Source: Candidatus Gottesmanbacteria bacterium | Lineage (GTDB): Bacteria; Patescibacteriota; Microgenomatia; UBA10105; UBA927 | DNA: 53,118 nucleotides | Direction of reading: 5' to 3' | Assembly (NCBI GenBank): GCA_963790805.1 | Contig: CAWBPL010000002.1 | Location: forward strand, 770,696-823,813 | In this document: positions 1 to 8,732 of the stretch, piece by piece | Position numbering within the stretch: position 1 is the stretch's first letter | Layout of the letters: each line of letters opens with the position of its first letter | The notes under the pieces: generated by a model | Database searches by the model: none | What the model was told of the DNA's origin: nothing | The model's input: the letters and a program-made list of their open reading frames with translations, nothing else | Position numbers and translations under genes: made by a program

Positions 1-1
1 G

Positions 2-394
2 ATGCGAACAAATGGTGAACAATTAACCTATGTGCATACCGTTTGGGAAGAAGCTGTTGGCTACGATTTTTTTCGCAATTGGGAACGAGAGTATATCCAT
101 AGTGCAATAAAGAATCGAGAACTGCGCCACCCGAATTTATTACAAACACGGAATATAGCGAAGGGGCCGTTTATGGAGGAGTGGCCGAATCGGGAATGGA
201 GAAGTATTTCACCAAAAATATTAAATATTACCCACGGGATGGAGATCTATAATGACGTTGTGGCTATTTCGTATTGGCATAATGACGAAGCAATGGGAAT
301 TGAAATATATAACCAATATATTGTTGCCATGCAGAGAAGCATATTCGACCATTATTGGAAATTGGCAGGAAAAGTGACGCACGGTAAAAAATGA
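2..394 (+). CDS. TrmB-like transcriptional regulator, C-terminal part (5' truncated by window edge)
   Basis: Ends with IYNDVVAISYW...GIEIYNQYIVAMQRSIFDHYW, matching the 'IYxxKVAI...IExxxIAxxxxxIFxxxW' tail of TrmB-like regulators. Family recognised by eye. Confidence 0.6.
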   Translation: MRTNGEQLTYVHTVWEEAVGYDFFRNWEREYIHSAIKNRELRHPNLLQTRNIAKGPFMEEWPNREWRSISPKILNITHGMEIYNDVVAISYWHNDEAMGIEIYNQYIVAMQRSIFDHYWKLAGKVTHGKK

Positions 395-476
395 ATTGGA
401 TGAAAAAAAGATTGGCGTAATTTTCTTAAGAACATTGTTTTGGCTCAATGATTCGTGATTAAATGATAAGTAGGCT

Positions 477-1412
477 ATGCTTCGGAAACTCGCATATTTT
501 ATCTACTCCAATGAGCTTCTTTTAGGGTCTTTTGGCTTAATAGCGACCTTTTATTACTACATCATTGTTCCCGGACCGGTCACTTTTATTCGATTGCTAC
601 CGGGAATTTTGAGCTGGATTTGCGTATTTTTAATTGGCGATGCTGTAAATAGGCACTTAGGCGAGGGATCGATCTTTCCCCATCGGGCGAACCAATTAAA
701 CAAGTTACGGCGTCTGGCTGCGGCGGCACTCATTATGAATATCATAGCTGACGTGAGCGGCGGATGGCTGTTAAAGCTTTGGTATTACCCTTCGCTCAAT
801 AATCCCTATTTATATATTTTCGTTTTTGCACCTGTTGGATATATTCTATACGGACTACTTCTCTATGTGTATTATCGTTTATTTAAACGCCACTGGGATC
901 GTTTGGTCCGGCCGGGCAGGCCGAGTAAAAGTAAAAGGATCGTATTTTGGTGGCTCATTCACCTCGAACTGATAGTCGGAGCAATCGGTGTGGTCGTTAG
1001 CATCGTATATTATGAACATTTTATGAAATTGTACGGGATTGTGTGGTATGCGGTCAGCGTTCCCAGAGATGTATCCGTGAATATCTGGTACTTTTTTCTT
1101 TTATGGATGAGTTTATTCTTTCTTTTGGAATATGCGTGTTATTTTCTTAAGCGTGAGACGTTTACACGAGATTTGGTGCGCGGCAATATATTGCCGTTTA
1201 TTTCTATCCTTTTGGCCAGCGCCGTTGTTATCGTATTTTTCGAGTTTTACAACGCCCCGTTTCACATGTGGATATATTCTAATTGGCCGGATCAGCAGAT
1301 ACAATTTTTAGGTATTCCGCTGGTTGCGTATATTTTGTGGCCGACACAATATTTATTACTATTGCCAATTATCCGGCTTTTTGACGGAAAAAATGAAGAA
1401 AACGTCTGGTAA
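477..1412 (+). CDS. Polytopic membrane protein of unknown function
   Basis: 311-aa ORF with about 8-9 hydrophobic segments. Two similar W-x-Y...P-(V/L)-x-x-Y motifs suggest an internal duplication. Confidence 0.7.
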   Translation: MLRKLAYFIYSNELLLGSFGLIATFYYYIIVPGPVTFIRLLPGILSWICVFLIGDAVNRHLGEGSIFPHRANQLNKLRRLAAAALIMNIIADVSGGWLLKLWYYPSLNNPYLYIFVFAPVGYILYGLLLYVYYRLFKRHWDRLVRPGRPSKSKRIVFWWLIHLELIVGAIGVVVSIVYYEHFMKLYGIVWYAVSVPRDVSVNIWYFFLLWMSLFFLLEYACYFLKRETFTRDLVRGNILPFISILLASAVVIVFFEFYNAPFHMWIYSNWPDQQIQFLGIPLVAYILWPTQYLLLLPIIRLFDGKNEENVW

Positions 1413-1453
1413 GAAGCGCCCCTCCTATAGCGACCGGAAAAATGGATTAATGG

Positions 1454-2353
1454 TTAGGGGCTAGGGGACGGGACGAAGGGGTTCAGCGTAGTTTCTGTGA
1501 TAGTTCGCACGGGAATGGTAGGGAATCCCTCAATAAGCGCCTCAACATCTCCACTTTTTTTATCGATGGCAACTCCACCGCTTGCAGAATTTGTCGTAGC
1601 GTAATTGATCACAACGACGGGAGCGCCCGACTCACTGATAGATGTGCCTAGTACCGTTGAACATTGAGCAAAGATTTTGCGTCCGACAGCGGTAGGGCCT
1701 TGGATCATAACCACGTCTTGGCCCTGATACATCGGCGTCCGGCTTATGGTTATGTTCTGTTTGGTAAGGCGTCCGACGTCTGGTGGTTTGTGGATAGGAA
1801 TGGCTGTAATATTCGGCGTTAATTGTTGCAGTCCGACGGGAAGAATATACCACTGGTTGTTATCAATCGGTGGGCCTCCGGGAAGGCCCATATTTGGATT
1901 AAAGTCTATCGGGCTAAATTTCCCACCGGCGCTTTGTATTTCGAAGTCCTCCCACAGAGCTCCGGGATAAGCGACATGCTTGTCAGTAACAATTAAAACG
2001 GTGTCGTCAGTCTCTTCTATGATTAACCCCATTCCTTGAAAATCAGATTGCACTCCGCCTCCTTGAGGAGTTGACTCGATGCCTGTCCGCATATCTAAAA
2101 ATACGATTGCATCCTGTACGGACTCAGGGACATATTGCATATCGCTCTCATTTCCTTGTTCGGCTTGTGCTGTTGCAGCCATTTGGACGAGTTCATCTGA
2201 CGTTTTGAGCCCGGTATTACGCATGCTCATGAAAGCTGCAATAGTAAGAAATCCAAGCAACAGAATCGTTTCTTTTATGGGGAGACGGCGCGCAGTGCGG
2301 TGGGCAATGGCAGCGTCACTTGATCCAATGTAGACAGGTCCAGTTTCCCCCAT
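1454..2353 (-). CDS. Membrane-anchored trypsin-like (S1) serine peptidase-family protein, divergent
   Basis: N-terminal TM (ILLLGFLTIAAFM). GMGLII...IVTDKHVA resembles GSGFII...TNxHV, and TNSASGGVAID resembles GNSGGPL. Alternative ATG at 2380. Confidence 0.55.
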   Translation of the reverse strand: MGETGPVYIGSSDAAIAHRTARRLPIKETILLLGFLTIAAFMSMRNTGLKTSDELVQMAATAQAEQGNESDMQYVPESVQDAIVFLDMRTGIESTPQGGGVQSDFQGMGLIIEETDDTVLIVTDKHVAYPGALWEDFEIQSAGGKFSPIDFNPNMGLPGGPPIDNNQWYILPVGLQQLTPNITAIPIHKPPDVGRLTKQNITISRTPMYQGQDVVMIQGPTAVGRKIFAQCSTVLGTSISESGAPVVVINYATTNSASGGVAIDKKSGDVEALIEGFPTIPVRTITETTLNPFVPSPSP

Positions 2354-2416
2354 GCAATTACTATAGCATGGGGCGGGCATTGCTAAGTCTTCTTTAGTAG
2401 TTTACTCTAATAGTAG

Positions 2417-3406
2417 ATGATAAAAGCTTCTTGTGTGATGCCCGCGTTTCAGCGGGTAGATCAAACGTTGTTATCGCTTGACCTTATACTTCTTTCTGAT
2501 GGGTTAGGCTCGTCGTTTGAGCTGGAAATTATCGTTGCCGACAGTACGCCGGATGATACGCTCAAAAATGCGATTGCGAAAAAATTCGGTACGCGCATCG
2601 TGTATGTGAAGTCTGAAAAGCACGGTATTGCTGCCAATAAGAATTCTGGTGCGAAAGCTGCAACCAATCCCATACTTATCTTTTGCGATTCCGACATGGA
2701 GGTCGAAAAAAGCACGTTTTTTTCCGCTGTCAATTCGCTTCAGAATCATCCAAAAACCGCAGCGCTTGGGGGCACTGTCTTGTGGCGCGGCGGCCCTGAC
2801 AACGGCCAGAAAGACAGGCCGAGAATTGAAGACAGGTTGCTTATCAAAGACAACACTACGTTTATTGAAGCGTTGTATTCGCGGTTTTTGGCTACCTACA
2901 AAGACGTATTTTGGGCAGTCGGCGGGTACGATCAGGAAGTTTTTAATATGCGCGGGGAAGGATCGGATCTCTCATGCCGGTATTGGCGGGCGGGATTTCC
3001 TCTGGCATACGAAGAGGCTGTGGTCGTCAATCACGTCCATGACGTGCCGGATGCAGCTGCCGTACGCGTTGATCATCCCGAATGGGGAATAGCCAAGGAC
3101 CTGCTTGTTTTGGGATATAAATACGACATGTTTAACAACGGATTTAAAAATTTTCCGGCAACGGTTGATATTAATTTCTCGCCGCTTGGGGCTGAGGGCT
3201 ATTACCGGATGTTGCAGGGCATCGGGCGACATTATGAAGAGCTTATCGTCGCCAAACCGGCGTTAGACGCGTTCAGAGCACAAGATAAACCCGCATATGA
3301 TTTCAAGTTTCTTGAAGTATTCTCCAATAACGAGATGTTTAATGCGTGTGTTGACGAAGCGGGTCCCAGACTTGCCGACATACGGACAAGCGCGTTTGGG
3401 AGCTAG
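2417..3406 (+). CDS. Glycosyltransferase family 2
   Basis: IIVADSTPDDT, GIAANKNSGA and IFCDSD (DxD) motifs, plus GGYDQ...GEGSDLSCR. Confidence 0.85.
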   Translation: MIKASCVMPAFQRVDQTLLSLDLILLSDGLGSSFELEIIVADSTPDDTLKNAIAKKFGTRIVYVKSEKHGIAANKNSGAKAATNPILIFCDSDMEVEKSTFFSAVNSLQNHPKTAALGGTVLWRGGPDNGQKDRPRIEDRLLIKDNTTFIEALYSRFLATYKDVFWAVGGYDQEVFNMRGEGSDLSCRYWRAGFPLAYEEAVVVNHVHDVPDAAAVRVDHPEWGIAKDLLVLGYKYDMFNNGFKNFPATVDINFSPLGAEGYYRMLQGIGRHYEELIVAKPALDAFRAQDKPAYDFKFLEVFSNNEMFNACVDEAGPRLADIRTSAFGS

Positions 3407-3419
3407 TGGGTTCTGACCC

Positions 3420-3815
3420 AGTATTTCGTGCGCTGTTTCTTCGCAAACGAAAATTTAGATTCGTCTTCAGTTTCAAATTCATACCTTACCAGATACGCTA
3501 CCCTAAAGAGAAAGTGAAGCCGAACAAAATTTTGTTTGCTCGCACACATCGCTCTTGTCCTCTGCGTATGTTTCGCGCGCTCGCTCCTTAATAAAGATTT
3601 GTGAAGAGCGCGAGGGGAATGTATTTTGAAAGACAACTTGCGCGTTTGCGCACGTATTATTGGGAGAGCTATATCGCAAACGCGCACTTAGCGAAGATGG
3701 GAATAATCTGCATAATTCATCCAAGAGCACACCGAACGGGTCTTTCAAAATACATTCCCGAACGCTCTAACACAAAAAAATTGAGAGTAGAAAGGTTGCC
3801 GGCAGGACCCGTGTT
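3420..3815. repeat. Highly structured intergenic region with nested inverted repeats
   Basis: Perfect 20-bp IR 3615-3634/3740-3759, extended by 3598-3610/3763-3777. Perfect 12-bp IR 3639-3650/3675-3686. Imperfect IR ~3444-3464/3521-3539. Confidence 0.7.
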
Positions 3816-3818
3816 TTT

Positions 3819-4589
3819 TTATTCCATCGCCCGAATGGTCCAGAAATCGGAAGAAAGTTTGCTGTTGGTAAAATATCCGTAGGGCATAAAAAAGTAGCCT
3901 TTACTGCCCCAATTGCTCCCCCAGCTGTTTCGGACGATAAAATAGCCCTTTGTATCATCATAGCCCACCGCCATGACTGCGTGGCCGCCGACCACCCGCT
4001 CATTGGGCGCGGGCATGGGAACCATGCCGGTTGAAGACACTGACGGGGACTCAAAGCTTTCATAGACGGCAAAACCGAAGACAAAAGGGAATCCCAAGCT
4101 GAGCGTGTGTTTCATTTCATTTTGAGCGCTTAAGCGGTAGTATTTCGTAATTTCCATTCCCTGAGCCTCTTGGTAGGCCTTCAGTGGCGGTTTGACCGCA
4201 AATTTGGTTATATCATACGGCCATAAATTTTCCAGACAATCACCGGTTTTGACGAGCGTTTTTATGCCATCGCGAATTGACGAGCCGCTGTCGCTGTTTT
4301 GAGTGTGCCGGAGCACCCGTTCGTTGTAGTAGAGAAACAGCCGGCTGAAATTTATCGTCTGTTTGAGTTTCATCTTTTTAATAAACTCGAGGTTTCCGAC
4401 CAGTGCACAGGCCGTACAGCATCCGAGCTGGCCCTGATTTTCAACCGGCGTACACTGAGTCCGTAAATCTATGGCGGCAGGTAGCGACGGAATTGCACGC
4501 GCGAGCTGCGCGTAGGGGAAATCCCGCTGATCCGGCAAATCAGGAATCCAGCCGTATTTCGGATTGCGGGGGATGGGGGTCGTAAACAT
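3819..4589 (-). CDS. C1 (papain-family) cysteine peptidase
   Basis: YGWIPDLPDQRD N-terminus, IDLR, QGQLGCCTA (catalytic Cys), GGHAVMAVGY (His) and VRNSWG (Asn). Confidence 0.92.
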   Translation of the reverse strand: MFTTPIPRNPKYGWIPDLPDQRDFPYAQLARAIPSLPAAIDLRTQCTPVENQGQLGCCTACALVGNLEFIKKMKLKQTINFSRLFLYYNERVLRHTQNSDSGSSIRDGIKTLVKTGDCLENLWPYDITKFAVKPPLKAYQEAQGMEITKYYRLSAQNEMKHTLSLGFPFVFGFAVYESFESPSVSSTGMVPMPAPNERVVGGHAVMAVGYDDTKGYFIVRNSWGSNWGSKGYFFMPYGYFTNSKLSSDFWTIRAME

Positions 4590-4595
4590 ACGATT

Positions 4596-4604
4596 ATTGT
4601 ATCA
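4596..4604 (-). promoter_or_regulatory. Extended -10 promoter (TG-a-TACAAT) for the C1 peptidase, probably leaderless
   Basis: Minus strand reads TGATACAAT, then 6 nt, then ATG at 4589. Confidence 0.45.
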
Positions 4605-4688
4605 CGTGACCCTTCGTTCTTGACACGCACTTGCTGACCCCCGATACTTAAATTGTGAGGTTTCTTCGCCTTGTTCACCTGCGATGAT

Positions 4689-5867
4689 ATGAAAATCGGA
4701 TTACTGTTCCCATCTATTTACGCCTCGCCGGCCCTGTTTTCGGATAAAATCTTCGCGCCGCGTGAGCTTTTAACGGATTTATCCAGCGGCCTTGTCGATC
4801 GGGGCCATGAGGTAACGGTTTATAGCACCTCTGACGTGCCTACAAAGGCAAAAATTGTGTCATCAGACATAACACATATCCAGAAGCCGCTTCCATACTT
4901 TAAATTCCGGAATCTGGACGCAAACAAGCGGAAACTCCTTGAGGAAGAATTTGCCAAACACGAGTTTGAGATTGATTGCACTATGCGGGCGTTTGCCGCG
5001 GTAAAGGCCAAAGAAATCGACATTTTGCACTGTTATCACGATTCCAGCTTGTTTTATGGCCATTATATGAACGATATCGTGAGGGATGTGCCTGTTGTGT
5101 ACACGCTTCATGATCCGTTGCCGCCGGAGGGAACATTCGAATTTGAAGAATTGAAAAAGTTTGCCGGTCACAGCTATATATCGATAAGTAATGCATTCCG
5201 CCGGTCTTTACCGCCTCTTAACTATATTGAGACGATTTATCACGGTATCAATCTCAACGCATTTACGTTTGAAAAAGAAGCAGCTGATTATGTGTTGTTT
5301 ATGGGCAGACTGGTTCCTGATAAAGGTCTTCATAGCGCCATAGCTGCAGCAATTGCGACCAATATGCGCCTTGAAATCGGTACGCAATTCGGCGGTCACG
5401 AGGGCGATCCGTATTTTGAGACCAAAATCAAACCGTTTCTTGCGAATCCCTTTATCGGAGAACCGGGTATGGTGAATGATATAGAGAAAGTCAGGTTGTA
5501 TGGAGGTGCCAAAGCGCTTTTGTTCCCGATAGAGTGGGAAGAACCGTTTGGAATGGTGCTTATCGAGGCTATGGCATGCGGTACGCCGGTTATTGCGTAC
5601 AACCGCGGCTCGGTGCCTGAAATCGTCAAGGACGGCGTTACAGGCTTCATCATAGACCAAGATGATGCTGAGAGGTCCGGTAAAGGCACATGGACTATCA
5701 AAAAACAGGGTGTAGAGGGGATTATAGAGGCTATGGGTCTAATTTCTACGATTAGTCGCGATGCATGCCGCAAGCACATAGAAGAGCATTTTTCGGCGCA
5801 AAAAATGGTACTGGATCACGAAGCGTGTTACACAAAACTTCTTTCCCTACCCGCGGAATCGAAATAG
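4689..5867 (+). CDS. Glycosyltransferase family 4 (GT-B)
   Basis: MKIGLLFP start, LVDRGHEVTVY, FMGRLVPDKG and EPFGMVLIEAMACGTPVI motifs. Confidence 0.92.
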   Translation: MKIGLLFPSIYASPALFSDKIFAPRELLTDLSSGLVDRGHEVTVYSTSDVPTKAKIVSSDITHIQKPLPYFKFRNLDANKRKLLEEEFAKHEFEIDCTMRAFAAVKAKEIDILHCYHDSSLFYGHYMNDIVRDVPVVYTLHDPLPPEGTFEFEELKKFAGHSYISISNAFRRSLPPLNYIETIYHGINLNAFTFEKEAADYVLFMGRLVPDKGLHSAIAAAIATNMRLEIGTQFGGHEGDPYFETKIKPFLANPFIGEPGMVNDIEKVRLYGGAKALLFPIEWEEPFGMVLIEAMACGTPVIAYNRGSVPEIVKDGVTGFIIDQDDAERSGKGTWTIKKQGVEGIIEAMGLISTISRDACRKHIEEHFSAQKMVLDHEACYTKLLSLPAESK

Positions 5868-6038
5868 TTTACGAAAAAATCCATTCTGTCGTCAAAAATT
5901 TCCATTGATTGCTTTTACGTTAATAAACGTAAAATATTCAATTTAACAATTTAGTTATAGCCCGTTATTTAGATCCGTTATACGAAGGCGCTGAGCTTGT
6001 TAACTTAGGGGAATTTTTGGCTATTTTGGCCGTATTTT

Positions 6039-6074
6039 TTGTTAATTCTTGTACTATTTTGTAAATACTTGTAT
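6039..6074 (+). promoter_or_regulatory. 10-bp-phased TTGTA-type direct-repeat array A
   Basis: ttgtta 6039, ttgtac 6049, ttgtaa 6059, ttgtat 6069. Confidence 0.55.
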
Positions 6075-6261
6075 TTTCTTCATTAACGCATAAAGAAGTA
6101 TCCCAGTTTTTATCTGAAACGTCGACGTATATCGGTTTGTATATTTTCTTGGTGAATATTTTGATTATAGAAGAGTCATGGCACCTTACTATAAGCTAAA
6201 AGTATGTTCAAAGGAGCAAAATACTCCAAAACACTGTTTCGATATCTTGACAAATGGTAAA

Positions 6262-6959
6262 AAATTCGACAATATATGGATAGTGATTGTGAATGTCTAT
6301 ACAATGATGTAACAGTTTGATCTAAAGCTCTATGGCACGAAGGCGGCATAAACAACAAGACCTCTCTACGGACATAAAATTACCCAGTGATGAGACAATT
6401 ATCGGCATCGCAAAGTCGTTGATCGATAAAATTTCGACAGAATCATCCACTGACACTAAATATGCTCCAGTTCGTCACATTTTGGCCCTCATCGGTGCCG
6501 GTCAAGCGGTCGATGTAACGACACTTTCACAGTACAATCCATACTATATTAAACGGACATTAAAAAGACTCAAACGGCAGCAACTCGTCGAGCAACAGGG
6601 GAGTATTTACCTTTTAACTATTCGCGGAAAACGATGGATTTTAAAGTATACGCTTGAGGATTTAGAGATTCCGAAACCCCGCGGGTGGGACGGGAAATGG
6701 AGAATGGTCATTTACGACGTTGCACGACACAAAGCAGCCCTTCGAAATATCTTCCGGACCACCCTTCGACGACTGGGTTTTTATAACGTACAGGAGAGTG
6801 TCTGGTTATACCCATACCCCTGTGAGAAAGAAATCGGATTTCTTCGTGATTATTGCGGTATGGGAGGGGATGTTATCTATGTTATTGCCCATAAGATAGA
6901 AAACGACGGGATATACCGCTCACACTTCGGTTTAAAGTAGCCAAATTCGACAAATATAT
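6262..6959 (+). repeat. Direct repeat AAATTCGACAA(A)TATAT flanking the PaaX/Cas2-like gene
   Basis: aaattcgacaatatat at 6262-6277 and aaattcgacaaatatat at 6943-6959. Confidence 0.6.
6332..6940 (+). CDS. PaaX-like wHTH / Cas2-fold protein (orphan, CPR-type)
   Basis: wHTH-like segment (IKRTLKRLKRQQLV...YLLTIRGK), then WDGKWRMVIYDV...LRRLGFYNVQESVWLYP. No cas1 or array nearby. Confidence 0.75.
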   Translation: MARRRHKQQDLSTDIKLPSDETIIGIAKSLIDKISTESSTDTKYAPVRHILALIGAGQAVDVTTLSQYNPYYIKRTLKRLKRQQLVEQQGSIYLLTIRGKRWILKYTLEDLEIPKPRGWDGKWRMVIYDVARHKAALRNIFRTTLRRLGFYNVQESVWLYPYPCEKEIGFLRDYCGMGGDVIYVIAHKIENDGIYRSHFGLK

Positions 6960-7170
6960 TCTTCGATCGTCTATCAGTCATCTTTCGGAAGCGCCATTTT
7001 ACTTGTGGCTGTCTCGGCGGGCCGATTACAGAAGAATTACACGGACAAAAGCGGAAAATTTAGTCGGTTTAACGGTTAAAGAGTTAGTATTCCTTCATTA
7101 TATATCGCAGAAGTTGTTCCAAGGTTCTAGGATGACGTATGGCGGTCTTTTATGGTGTATGATGGTAAAC

Positions 7171-8598
7171 ATGCAGGTACTTTTTGTGACAAGCGAACTT
7201 GCAGGGGTTTTTAAACTCGGAGGGCTTGCGGATGTCAGCTCATCATTGCCGATAGCCCTTGCTAGGTTGGGGGTGGAGGTGACGATAGCGCTTCCGTTCT
7301 ATAGGACGATCGACATTTCTGGGGCAAAAGGAGTGGGCGAACTGGCAGTAGACTTTGCCGGAAAACGGGAATTGGTGTTTATTTTTTCGAAACAATCGGA
7401 CCATAAAAATATAACGCTTCTTCTTTTCCGTCATCCAAAACTTGAAGATTATCACGCAAAGCCTGTCGAGGAAACGTTTGCATTTTATTCCCGTGTTATT
7501 TCAACATTTTATTCATATAGTGTCAATTTGTCGAAACAGATTGACATCGTACACTGTCATGACTGGCATACAGCCCTTATACCCATGCTCATCGGTGAAC
7601 AGAATAAACTTTTGCATGCAAAAGAGACAATACAGTCTAAACAGGTGAAGACTGTCATCACCATTCACAACCTCCTGTATCAGGGTGTCGTCGATGAACA
7701 TATCGCAGATTATGTAAATGCCCCGCGTAACCAGTTCCATCAATTAGAGGGAAAAAGGAAAGGTAAAGTGAGTCTTTTTCGTGAGGGTTTGGAATACGCC
7801 GATTACATCACAACCGTGTCGCCGACATACGCCAAGGAAATTATAGAAGAATCGCATCATGATGCGCTGGGGGATGTATTAAAGCGGCGAAGAGAATCGG
7901 TTACAGGAATTCTCAACGGCATCGATACGCGTTTATGGAATCCTTTGACCGATGCCGCGCTGCCACACCGGTATGACGCTTCTTCTATATTTACTGTAAA
8001 ACCGCAGCTTTCAAAATTGTTGCAAAAAGAAGTCGGGCTGCCGGAAAGTGCGGTACCGGTGTTTGGCTTCGTCGGGCGCATAGAGCCGCGCCAAAAGGGG
8101 ATTGACATCGTTTTGGAGGCGCTGAAAAAATTATTGCCGACACTCTCTATGCAGGCTGTTTTTTTGGGTACCGGTGAGCCGAAGTCGGTTGCACTCCTTA
8201 AAAAACTCGCGAAAGAGCATCCTCAAAAAGTCGCATTCATCCATGCGTTTGACGAGGTACTGGCGCGGCGAATTTACGCGGGCTCTGATGCGCTTCTTGT
8301 GCCTTCGAAATTTGAGCCTTGCGGGCTGACACAGATGATTGCCATGCGCTATGGTACGGTGCCTGTGGTTAGGGCTACGGGCGGTCTTGCAGATAGCGTG
8401 AAAGACGGAATAAACGGCATTGTGTTTGGGCCGTACAGCGGTTATGCGCTTGCTCAGGCTATAGAGCGAACAAGTACGCTTTGGGCCGATACATCGATCT
8501 GGAAAAAGCTTGTTACTGCCGGTATGCGTGAGGATTTTTCATGGGACAAAAGTGCCAGACAATATCTCGCTCTTTATACAAAACTTCAAAATTCATAA
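7171..8598 (+). CDS. glgA: Glycogen/starch synthase (GT5)
   Basis: MQVLFVTSE...KLGGLADV, VHCHDWHTAL, TIHNLLYQG, TTVSPTYAKEI, GILNGID and EPCGLTQMIAMRYGT motifs. Start chosen by N-terminal similarity. Confidence 0.93.
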   Translation: MQVLFVTSELAGVFKLGGLADVSSSLPIALARLGVEVTIALPFYRTIDISGAKGVGELAVDFAGKRELVFIFSKQSDHKNITLLLFRHPKLEDYHAKPVEETFAFYSRVISTFYSYSVNLSKQIDIVHCHDWHTALIPMLIGEQNKLLHAKETIQSKQVKTVITIHNLLYQGVVDEHIADYVNAPRNQFHQLEGKRKGKVSLFREGLEYADYITTVSPTYAKEIIEESHHDALGDVLKRRRESVTGILNGIDTRLWNPLTDAALPHRYDASSIFTVKPQLSKLLQKEVGLPESAVPVFGFVGRIEPRQKGIDIVLEALKKLLPTLSMQAVFLGTGEPKSVALLKKLAKEHPQKVAFIHAFDEVLARRIYAGSDALLVPSKFEPCGLTQMIAMRYGTVPVVRATGGLADSVKDGINGIVFGPYSGYALAQAIERTSTLWADTSIWKKLVTAGMREDFSWDKSARQYLALYTKLQNS

Positions 8599-8660
8599 CG
8601 GCTATTCAGGCTGATTATTTATAACTTATAGTACATATCCGGACACAGTGGTAAAGAGTC

Positions 8661-8696
8661 TTGTACCAGCTTGTAAGAACTTGTAAATAATTGCTA
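8661..8696 (+). promoter_or_regulatory. 10-bp-phased TTGTA-type direct-repeat array B
   Basis: ttgtac 8661, ttgtaa 8671, ttgtaa 8681, ttgcta 8691. Confidence 0.55.
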
Positions 8697-8732
8697 AATA
8701 TAGCGTATTAACGGTATAATTTATGTACTCGT

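Noticed and set aside
2348-2373. 8-bp inverted repeat CCCCATGC/GCATGGGG at the protease start
   Set aside because: Single short hairpin with no second copy seen; too weak to call an operator.
3598-3777. 6S RNA, tmRNA, RNase P or SRP RNA identity for the structured region
   Set aside because: Length suits 6S, but the fold is a branched junction rather than a rod with a central bubble. No tRNA-like ends or recognisable RNase P/SRP motifs. An Rfam search is needed to exclude formally.
3403-3882. Short ORFs on both strands in the structured intergenic region
   Set aside because: Arg/Ser-rich, mutually overlapping and without domains; the region is better explained by inverted repeats.
6178-6312. 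44-codon ORF MAPYYKLKVCSK...VYTMM upstream of the PaaX-like gene
   Set aside because: No recognisable motif, and it overlaps the likely promoter/operator of the next gene; probably chance in AT-rich DNA.
6332-6940. CRISPR-Cas system suggested by the Cas2-like fold
   Set aside because: No cas1, no effector genes and no repeat-spacer array. The flanking repeat has only two copies separated by a whole gene.
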